Shown here: in pieces, positions 39,061 to 46,613 of the stretch
How positions within the stretch are numbered: the stretch's first letter is position 1
How the letters are laid out: the number at the start of each line of letters is the position of its first letter
Source of the DNA: an uncultured Holophagaceae bacterium
Lineage (GTDB): Bacteria > Acidobacteriota > Holophagae > Holophagales > Holophagaceae
DNA: 64,000 nucleotides
Direction: 5' to 3'
Assembly: GCA_903840385.1 (NCBI GenBank)
Contig: CAIMFT010000063.1
Span: 1,620 to 65,619 of the forward strand
The notes under the pieces: model-generated
What the model was told of the DNA's origin: nothing
The model's input: the letters and a program-made list of their open reading frames with translations, nothing else
Databases searched by the model: none
Position numbers and translations under genes: made by a program

Positions 39061-40794
39061 ATGGCTACGACATCGGGCACTTCGATCAGTGGTGTCGCTA
39101 CGGGTGTGGACACCACATCCCTGATCAATGCCATCATTGCGCAGAAGGGTACAAACCTGACGCGGTTGCAGGCCCGCAGGGACCTCAATGACAAGAAAAC
39201 CGCCGCCCTGACGGCTCTGAGGACCAGCCTGACTGCCCTAAATGTTAGCCTGGCGGTCATTCAGGACAAGTTCAACAGCCGCACGGTGAGCAGCACCGAC
39301 GTCAACAACACCAACGTCACGGCCACGGCCTCCGGTGCCCTGGCGGACACCTACGACATTTCGGTCAAGACGGTGGCCACCAAAGGGCGGATCTCAGCGA
39401 CCTTGGACTCAAAGGGCTGGACCACCAACCTGGCTGTGGCCAGTCCCACGGACTCAGTCAACTCAGGGATCTTCACCGCTGGAACCCCAGCCAGCTTCGC
39501 CATCCAGGGAACCGACGGCGTGATCAAGACGATCACCCTGGACGCCAGCTCCAACACCTTGAATGGCCTGCGCGATAAGATCAACGCTTCCGGGGCTGGG
39601 GTCACGGCCTCGGTTGTGAACATGGGCAAGGGCGACAAGCCCTATCAGCTGGTACTCACTGCCAAGGCAACCGGAACCGGCGTCACCCAGGGGGTGGTCA
39701 CGCTGGTTGATATCACCGACCCTGTGCCAACGGACCCGGCCACCGGCCTTCCAATTGCCACAAACAGCCTGGGAATTGCGGCGGGTACCGTAGATCTGGT
39801 GGCCAAGGCCCTTACGGGAGGGCTCAGGTCCTCGGTGGCGGGAACAGCCACAGACGCGGACTTTACCCTCAATGGCATTGAGCTCACTCGCTCGACCAAC
39901 GTGGTCAAGGATGCGGCAGAGGGTATGACCTTCACCCTCAAGCAGGGGGGGCAGACGGGTACAACGACCCTGACGGTGGGCCTGGATAAGGCCGGCGCCA
40001 CGGCCGCCATGGCGGACTTCATCAGCAAGTACAACCAGCTGCTGAAGGACTATAAGGCGGCGTCCACCTCCACCAAGAATGCGGATGGTTCCGTCAACCA
40101 AGCCGCCCTGGCGGGTGACGCCGCCACGATCGCGTTGATGAGCACCCTCAAGTCCAGCCTGGCGGGTGCGTCTGCCGGCTTGCCCGGCACCGCCACCTAC
40201 CAATCCCTGGCCGGCGTGGGCATCACCAACATGGCAGATGGCAGTCTGTACCTAAACACCAACGCGTTTCAGACAGCAATGGCCAATGACCTTGGGTCTG
40301 TTCAAAAATTATTCAGCTTTTCGGGAGTCTCCACTAACCAGGGTGTCACCTTCAAAAGCGCGGGGCCCAAAACGGCCACGGGCACCGTGGATGTCACTAT
40401 CACCAAGGATGAATCCGGGACCCTTTGGGGAACCCTGATGCGGAACAACGTGGCCAGTGCGCCCATCCAGGTCACCAATGGGGTCCTGATTGGTACTGGG
40501 GACCTGGAAGGGTTGAACCTGACTGTGACTGATACTGGCAGTGGGACCTTGACCCTTAGCCGCGGTGCGGGCCAAGCGGGGTCGGACTTGCTCACCAAGT
40601 TCACCGGTCTGGGCGGGGGCATCACCACTGGGTTGAACACTGTTTTTGCTCAGAACAAGAACCTGGCCACTCAGATCATCCAGGCCCAGACAATGCTGGA
40701 CCGGGAAAAGGAAGTCTTGAAACAAAAGTTCGCCAAGATGGAAGCTGCCGTGGGTGCCATGAAAGCATCTGCCGGTTCGCTAACCGGGGCGTAA
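39061..40794 (+). CDS. fliD: Flagellar filament cap protein FliD
   Basis: SG..TGVDT.SLI.AII, DA.FTLNGI...RS.N.V.D, C-terminal L.Q.FAKMEA....M. Confidence 0.92.
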   Translation: MATTSGTSISGVATGVDTTSLINAIIAQKGTNLTRLQARRDLNDKKTAALTALRTSLTALNVSLAVIQDKFNSRTVSSTDVNNTNVTATASGALADTYDISVKTVATKGRISATLDSKGWTTNLAVASPTDSVNSGIFTAGTPASFAIQGTDGVIKTITLDASSNTLNGLRDKINASGAGVTASVVNMGKGDKPYQLVLTAKATGTGVTQGVVTLVDITDPVPTDPATGLPIATNSLGIAAGTVDLVAKALTGGLRSSVAGTATDADFTLNGIELTRSTNVVKDAAEGMTFTLKQGGQTGTTTLTVGLDKAGATAAMADFISKYNQLLKDYKAASTSTKNADGSVNQAALAGDAATIALMSTLKSSLAGASAGLPGTATYQSLAGVGITNMADGSLYLNTNAFQTAMANDLGSVQKLFSFSGVSTNQGVTFKSAGPKTATGTVDVTITKDESGTLWGTLMRNNVASAPIQVTNGVLIGTGDLEGLNLTVTDTGSGTLTLSRGAGQAGSDLLTKFTGLGGGITTGLNTVFAQNKNLATQIIQAQTMLDREKEVLKQKFAKMEAAVGAMKASAGSLTGA

Positions 40795-40852
40795 GTATTC
40801 TTGGATTCATGGGCAGGTGGAACTTGCCGAAACAATAGGGGGGGGGTTACCC

Positions 40853-41278
40853 ATGAACGCCTATGCCCGATCAGCTGACACTTACCTCCGCCAGCGCATC
40901 CTGGGGGCCGGTCCGGAACAACAGGCGGCCCTGATCATGGAGGCAGGCCAACTGCATTTAGGGAAAGCCATCCAGGCCTTGCGTAGTAATGACCTGCCCG
41001 CAGCTACCCGTAGCTTTCTTCGGGTCTCAGAGGTTCTCTTGGAGGCGAACATTCGGCTGAACCATGAGGCTGGAGGTGAGGTCGTCGAGAACCTAAACAA
41101 ATTGTATGAGTGGTGGACCAAGGAAATCATGGTCGCCAGCGCGACCAAGGATACGGTCCGGCTAGCAGCAGTGGTGCACGGCATGGGTGAGATCCGCCAG
41201 GCCTGGGAACAGCTGCACGAGCAGACCGTGTTGTCTGCCAAGGTGTCCACCCTTCAGTTCAGGGAACAGGTCGTATGA
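40853..41278 (+). CDS. fliS: Flagellin export chaperone FliS
   Basis: AY...Y....I..A.PEQ...L.M....L, LNHEAGGE..ENL..LY, L.EIR.AWEQ. Confidence 0.88.
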   Translation: MNAYARSADTYLRQRILGAGPEQQAALIMEAGQLHLGKAIQALRSNDLPAATRSFLRVSEVLLEANIRLNHEAGGEVVENLNKLYEWWTKEIMVASATKDTVRLAAVVHGMGEIRQAWEQLHEQTVLSAKVSTLQFREQVV

Positions 41279-41574
41279 GTGATGCCCAACTCGGCACAAC
41301 CATCCTGCAGATGGAAGCTTGGCTGGCAGATGCGACCTGGGAGCCCGACCCCGATGCACTGATGCGCTGGGATGCAGAATTTAAGGAAGCCCTGGCCTGT
41401 GCGGAAAAGGGACCGGGGTGGGTAGGGTTGATCGCCCGGGCGCATTCGGCAGGCCGGGAGTTGGAAAACAGGATTGCCGCAGTGTCCGCAGAGCGGGACC
41501 AAGTGAGGGCAGCGCTTGAGGGCCATGCACGGGGGAATCGGGCCCTCAAAGGCTATGGGGCCATTTCCCGCTAA
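41275..41574 (+). CDS. FliT-like small helical protein
   Basis: 99 aa, overlaps the fliS stop, coiled-coil C-terminus ending N.ALKGY; assignment mainly positional. Confidence 0.5.
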   Translation: MSDAQLGTTILQMEAWLADATWEPDPDALMRWDAEFKEALACAEKGPGWVGLIARAHSAGRELENRIAAVSAERDQVRAALEGHARGNRALKGYGAISR

Positions 41575-41588
41575 AACAGGAGGCTGGC

Positions 41589-43373
41589 TTAGGGCCCTTG
41601 TGTCAGGTCTGCGACCACCTTCCGGATCACCGATTTCCAATCCCCGTAGGACGGTTGCCGATAGAGGTGCAGGGAGGGGTACCAGGGGCTGTCCTCTCGG
41701 CCCAGAAGCCAGCGAAAATCTGGCTGGAAGGTGAGGAGCAGCAGGGTCGGAATCCCCAAGGCCCCGGCGAGATGGGCCACGGAGGTATCCACCGTGATCA
41801 CCAAGTCCATGCCGCTCAGCGCGTAGGCAGTATCCGAAAAATCCAGCAACAGAGGGGCTAACGACACCAACTCGGGCAGGGGAGGCAGCTCCCGCGCGCC
41901 CAACTGAAAACTGAACCATGTCACCCCCGATAGGGCCGCCAGCGGCCCCAAGGCGCTTGGGGGCAAGGAGCGTTCGAGATCCCGTTTGTGTCCCGGGCTG
42001 CCCGCCCATACCAAGCCAATTCGGGTACTTTCCTTGGCCGAAGCCAGGGCTTCCTGGATCGCCTGACGATGGGGGACCACTGCTGGTACATCCAGGTAGG
42101 GGATCTCAGCCGGAATGGATGCCAACTCCGTCCGAAGAAGAAAGGGGAGGGAAAGCAGGGAGGCCTGGAGGTCGTGCTGGGGCAGGGAGGCACCCCTGGG
42201 GATCACCTCGTCCGCACCGCCGCAAGTAGCAGCCACCGCCAACAAGGAGGGTTGGACCTCCAGAAGTACCCGCCCTCCCAGGGCCTTCACCAATGGGAGG
42301 TACCGGACAAACATCAAGGTATCTCCGAATCCCTGCTCACACCAAAGCAGCAGGGTTTTCCGCGCAAAGGCTTCACCGCGCCAAGCCGGTTGAGCAAAGG
42401 CCCGCTGGGGCTTGATCTCATTGGGGACCCGCAACCGTGCTTCGTATCCTTCCCACCCGCGGGCCATGTCGCCGAAAAGCAAATCGACAAAGCTCTGCTC
42501 GTATTCGGCAAGAGCCGAGGTGGGATTCAGCCCATGGAACCGTTCGCTCTCCATCCGGTACTCAGCCCAGCGTCCAAGTGCAGTGTAGATGCCCCCCACG
42601 CAGGAGTGAACGAGGTAACTGTCGGGCTCATCACGGATGACCCTGGCTATTTCCTGGTCGGCTAGGTCCACCTCCAGCCTCCGGGTCAGGCACACAATCA
42701 GTAGTAACCGAGCATTGATGTCACGCGGGTGCTCAAGCAGCAGCTTCCGGAAGGCCCCTTCCGCCTCGATTAGGTGGCCCTGGGCCATCTGGATGGAGCC
42801 GAGGGTGGCCTGCGCCATGAGGTTGCGTGGATTGGTTAGCAGTGACCGCTCAGAGGCTTCCTTGGCCTCTTTGAACCTCTGAACCTCGAGCAGTGCCAAT
42901 CCGAAAATCGCCCAAAGCTCTGCGTGCCGGAGTTCCAACCTAGCTGGGTTCCCAACGGCGACGCCAGTTCGGTCGTGTTCACCAGCGACCTTCCAGACAC
43001 CGTCCAGGTCCCCCCTTCTCAGGAGGCACTCCATCAAGCCCAACCGCCCATCGAGTCGGTGAGGCTCTGACTCTAGAACGGCTCCAAAAGGGTGTTCTGC
43101 CTCCCGCAGACGGCCTTGACGCATGAGGGCGAAGCCGAGGTGGAGGCTGGCCGATGAATGCCCAGGACTCAAGCGGAGCGTGGTCTCGCAAGCGGCCCGC
43201 GCATCCTCGAAGCGACCAAGCGCCAACAGGTGGCCAGCGTAGTCCGACCAGGCATCGGCGTGTTGGGGCTCTTTATCCAGGAACATCTGGTAGGCCTTCG
43301 CAGCCCCAGGGTGGTCGCCAGAACGGTCTAAGCCCCGCGCCCTTCTGAGCAACCGCATGTGGTCTGGATTCAT
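41589..43373 (-). CDS. TPR-repeat plus GT-B (GT9-like) glycosyltransferase, paralog 1
   Basis: N-terminal TPRs; LLWCEQGFGDTLMF.RY, IGLVWAG, DLVITVDTSVAHLAGALG, WLL.R.DSPWYPS..LYRQ; start MNPDH. Confidence 0.82.
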   Translation of the reverse strand: MNPDHMRLLRRARGLDRSGDHPGAAKAYQMFLDKEPQHADAWSDYAGHLLALGRFEDARAACETTLRLSPGHSSASLHLGFALMRQGRLREAEHPFGAVLESEPHRLDGRLGLMECLLRRGDLDGVWKVAGEHDRTGVAVGNPARLELRHAELWAIFGLALLEVQRFKEAKEASERSLLTNPRNLMAQATLGSIQMAQGHLIEAEGAFRKLLLEHPRDINARLLLIVCLTRRLEVDLADQEIARVIRDEPDSYLVHSCVGGIYTALGRWAEYRMESERFHGLNPTSALAEYEQSFVDLLFGDMARGWEGYEARLRVPNEIKPQRAFAQPAWRGEAFARKTLLLWCEQGFGDTLMFVRYLPLVKALGGRVLLEVQPSLLAVAATCGGADEVIPRGASLPQHDLQASLLSLPFLLRTELASIPAEIPYLDVPAVVPHRQAIQEALASAKESTRIGLVWAGSPGHKRDLERSLPPSALGPLAALSGVTWFSFQLGARELPPLPELVSLAPLLLDFSDTAYALSGMDLVITVDTSVAHLAGALGIPTLLLLTFQPDFRWLLGREDSPWYPSLHLYRQPSYGDWKSVIRKVVADLTQGP

Positions 43374-43383
43374 CGCCAGGTCC

Positions 43384-45171
43384 TCAGGAGCTACTAGAGA
43401 GGTCTGCAAGCACCTCCCGGATGACGGAATCCCAGTCCCCATAACTCGGTTGCCGGTAGAGGCGGAGGCTCGGATACCAGGGACTATCCTCTCGCTCCAG
43501 CATCCATCGGTAATCAGGCTGATATGTGAGCAGTAGAAGCGTGGGAACACCCAGGGCACCCGCAAGGTGGGCCACGGCCGTGTCCACCGTGATCAAGAGA
43601 TCCAGCCCGCTCAGGGCATAGGCTGTGTCTGAGAAGTTCGCTAGAAAAGGAGCCATGGACGTCAGGCCTGGCAGGGGCGGGACCTCCTCTCTCCTGAGCT
43701 GAAGGCTGTACCAGGACACCCCTTGCAGGTCACCCAGCGGTGCCAGGGATGCTGCGGACAGCGACCGCTCCGCGTCTCTGGAATGGAGAGGGCTGCCAGC
43801 CCACACCAAACCGATGCGGACGTTTTCACCGGCCAGGGACAGGGTCGCCAGCAGTTCCTGCCTGTGAGGCACCTCCGCGGGGACCTGCAGGTAGGGGATC
43901 TCGGCAGGGATGGTGGCCAGCTCCGTCCGGAATATCCACGGCAGGGACTGGAGGGACACCTGAAGGTCAAATGCCTGCAAGCCGGTGTTCTGGGGGATCA
44001 CCACATCGGCGCCTTCACAGGTGGCCGCCAGCTCCGTCAATGCCGACTGGGCCTCCACGATGACCTGGCCCCCCAGGGCTTTCACCATGGGGAGGTAGCG
44101 AAGAAACATCAGGGTGTCGCCAAAGCCTTGCTCGGCCCAGAGCAGGAGCGTCTTTCCCCGGAAGGGCTCACCAGTCCAGGTAGGTTGCGAAAAAGACCGA
44201 TAAGCGGGCCTAAGGTCCTTGGGGATCCTGAACCTAGCCTCGTGCCGTTCCCAGCCCTGGCGGAAGTCGCCAAAGAGAAGGTCCACGAAGCTCTGTTCGT
44301 AGTCGGGATGGGGTGAGGCTGGATCCAGCGCACGAAACCGGGCGATTTCCGCGGCGAATTCAGGCCAGCGCCCATGGGCGTAGTGAGTCCCCTTCACTCC
44401 CCTGTGAACAGTGAGGTTTGTAGGCGCCTCCTGGATAGCCTTAGCGGCTTCCTGGTCGGCCAAACGGAAATTCCCACGCCTGGCCAGGCAGTCAATCAGT
44501 TGCAGGCGCAACCTCATGTTGTGCGCATGTTCCTCGACCAACTTTCGAAGCATTCCCTCAGCTTCTTCTGCGCGCTCCTGGGCCATTCGGATGCTCGCGA
44601 GGCTGGAGTGCGCACTCAGGTTTCGGCTGTTGTACCGGAGGGCGGTGGCACAGGCCGCTTCCGCCGCAGTGGTGTTTTGCTCTTCGAGCAGTCCCATGCT
44701 GAGGATGGCCCAGAGTTCTGCATGGTAGGCCAGCAGGGCCGGAGATCTGCCAGGCATGCTGGAAAGGGGCCCCGCTGAATCTAGCGCCCGCTGGGCACCC
44801 TTCAGGTCCCGTTTCTGCAATAAACACTCAGCCAGGAACAGATGCGCATCCAGGCGCTTTCCATCCGACCTCAGGGCGGATCGGAAATGGCTTTCGGCCT
44901 CCTCTGTCTGATCACATCGCATCAGGGCCCTCCCCAGGTTGACCCGGGCGGCGAGGTGGTTTGGTTCGTTCAAGAGCGCAGCACGGGCGGCTCTTTGGGC
45001 CTCTTGGAGGTCCCCGAGGTTCAGCATCTTTCCGGCGAGGCTGGACCATGCGTCCGCATGCCTGGGCTCGCGGGCCAGGAACGCACGATAGGCCACAGCG
45101 GCTTCCTGAGGCTTCTGGGCCCGGTCCAGGGCCTGGGCCTTCTTCAACAGCTTTATGTGGTCTGGATGCAT
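43384..45171 (-). CDS. TPR-repeat plus GT-B (GT9-like) glycosyltransferase, paralog 2
   Basis: Same architecture (LLWAEQGFGDTLMF, DLLITVDTAVAHLAGALG); start MHPDH at 45171. The upstream extension in the track is antisense to fliS-2. Confidence 0.82.
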   Translation of the reverse strand: MHPDHIKLLKKAQALDRAQKPQEAAVAYRAFLAREPRHADAWSSLAGKMLNLGDLQEAQRAARAALLNEPNHLAARVNLGRALMRCDQTEEAESHFRSALRSDGKRLDAHLFLAECLLQKRDLKGAQRALDSAGPLSSMPGRSPALLAYHAELWAILSMGLLEEQNTTAAEAACATALRYNSRNLSAHSSLASIRMAQERAEEAEGMLRKLVEEHAHNMRLRLQLIDCLARRGNFRLADQEAAKAIQEAPTNLTVHRGVKGTHYAHGRWPEFAAEIARFRALDPASPHPDYEQSFVDLLFGDFRQGWERHEARFRIPKDLRPAYRSFSQPTWTGEPFRGKTLLLWAEQGFGDTLMFLRYLPMVKALGGQVIVEAQSALTELAATCEGADVVIPQNTGLQAFDLQVSLQSLPWIFRTELATIPAEIPYLQVPAEVPHRQELLATLSLAGENVRIGLVWAGSPLHSRDAERSLSAASLAPLGDLQGVSWYSLQLRREEVPPLPGLTSMAPFLANFSDTAYALSGLDLLITVDTAVAHLAGALGVPTLLLLTYQPDYRWMLEREDSPWYPSLRLYRQPSYGDWDSVIREVLADLSSSS

Positions 45172-45267
45172 GGGTGGTTCTTGCCCCCTGCTGTCTCTTC
45201 GATCCACTGGGGGGCGCTCTTGAATTGGGGTCCCCGAAGGGCCCGCGTGAATTTGCAGGGTCGAAAT

Positions 45268-45295
45268 TACATCAGCCCGTGGCTTCTGCCGAAAG
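45268..45295 (+). promoter_or_regulatory. Putative sigma28 promoter of second fliS-like gene
   Basis: TACA-N16-GCCGAAAG, same spacing as the flagellin promoter. Confidence 0.45.
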
Positions 45296-45363
45296 GAGAG
45301 CTGACGGGGTTGACCTTCTTTACTCTCTGCCCCTCCTGCCACCTCTTGATCACGGACCTGCCC

Positions 45364-45762
45364 ATGTCTCCCGAGCTGGCCACCTCGCTTCCCACTCAAC
45401 CTGAAGCCCCTGCCATCCCCGAGCACATGGTGGTGCTGCTGCTGGAGGCGGGGCAGCGGTTTGTGGTGAAGCTGCAGGAAGTGGTCGCTCTGGATGACCC
45501 GCGGCCCCGGGCGCACTTCAGCAGGAAGGTCCTCGCCATCCTCGAAGAGCTGGACCGCCGCCTGAACCACGAGCAGGGCGGGGAGCTGGTGGACAACCTC
45601 ACTTGGATGCACGCCTGGTGGCGCAAGGAGGTGCTGCAGGCCAGTGAGACGGGCGACCTGGAGAGACTGGGCCGGGTGCATGCGCAGATGGGCGAGATCC
45701 GCTACGCGTGGGAGCAGGTGCTGTTCCGCGGCACCGGCATGACGAGCAATCCCTCGTACTAG
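45364..45762 (+). CDS. Second FliS-like chaperone
   Basis: RLNHEQGGELVDNL...WW and GEIRYAWEQ align with FliS-1 (RLNHEAGGEVVENL...WW, GEIRQAWEQ). Confidence 0.75.
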   Translation: MSPELATSLPTQPEAPAIPEHMVVLLLEAGQRFVVKLQEVVALDDPRPRAHFSRKVLAILEELDRRLNHEQGGELVDNLTWMHAWWRKEVLQASETGDLERLGRVHAQMGEIRYAWEQVLFRGTGMTSNPSY

Positions 45763-46385
45763 GCCGTGCCGTAGAGGCGGTCCCCGGCGTCGCCGAGGCC
45801 GGGCAGGATGTAGCCCTTCTCGTTGAGCTGCCGGTCCACCGCACCCACCACGATCGTCAGGTCTGGATGGTCGGCCTGCAGGCGGGCGATGCCCTCGGGC
45901 GCGGCGAGGAGAGACACCAGCGTGAGGTTCACAGCTCCCGCGGCCTTGAGTTGCCGCACGGCCTCGGAGGCACTGCCGCCGGTGGCCAGCATGGGATCGA
46001 GGATGAACACTGGGCGCGCCTCGAGGAGGGGCGGGAAGTTGCGGTAGTAGGGCACGGGTACCAGCGAGTCATGGTCGCGGTAGAGACCGAGGTGGCCGAC
46101 CTTGGCCGTGGGCATCAGCTGCAGGAAGGCGGGCAGGAAGCCGAGGCCTGCGCGGAGGACGGGCACCAGCACCGGATCGAGCGCACCGAGGCGCCGCGTC
46201 TCGGTGCGCTCGAGAGGCGTTTCCACCACGGCGGACACAGTGGGAAGGCTGCGCGTGGCCTCTGCGGCGAGCAGCAGTCCAGTCTCTTCGATGAGGGCTC
46301 GAAAGAGGCTGCCAGCGGTTTTGCGGTCGCGGATGAGGGAGAGCTTGTGGTGGACCAGCGGGTGGTCGAGCACGTGGACGGACAT
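45759..46385 (-). CDS. upp: Uracil phosphoribosyltransferase
   Basis: HPLV.HKL..IRD, VPVLRAG, GH.GLYRD, LDPMLATGGS, LN.KGYI.PGLGDAGDR.YGT. Confidence 0.97.
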   Translation of the reverse strand: MSVHVLDHPLVHHKLSLIRDRKTAGSLFRALIEETGLLLAAEATRSLPTVSAVVETPLERTETRRLGALDPVLVPVLRAGLGFLPAFLQLMPTAKVGHLGLYRDHDSLVPVPYYRNFPPLLEARPVFILDPMLATGGSASEAVRQLKAAGAVNLTLVSLLAAPEGIARLQADHPDLTIVVGAVDRQLNEKGYILPGLGDAGDRLYGTA

Positions 46386-46613
46386 GGGAACGCCTCCTGT
46401 CTGATGCTGCAAGTGTGGCGCACTGCGCAGGGTCAGAGGAGGGAAATGAATGGGGTGCTGGTGGAGAGGTAGCGTCAAAAAAAATGACGATTTTTTGAAT
46501 TTCTCTGTTGACCTCATCCCGATCGCTGGTTTTATGTTGAATCAGAGGAATATTGGCCAACCATCTTCCCCATAGGGCCTGCAGCGAGGTATCTGAGATT
46601 TGGAGCGTGGTAA

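Larger units (their letters stand above)
34604..45762. other. Lower-GC flagellin and filament-modification island
   Basis: Hand count: 21/60 G+C at 35101-35160 versus 46/60 at 34501-34560. Contains fliC/flaG/fliD/fliS/fliT plus transferases. Bounded on both sides by convergent genes sharing a CTAG stop overlap. Confidence 0.7.

Noticed and set aside
45172-45681. 5' extension of track ORF 43384..45681
   Set aside because: Antisense to fliS-2. Paralog alignment (MHPDH versus MNPDH) fixes the start at 45171.
34604-45762. Island as an autonomous mobile element or prophage
   Set aside because: No integrase, transposase, tRNA target or long direct repeat seen; only a 4-bp CTAG coincidence, which is reported separately.
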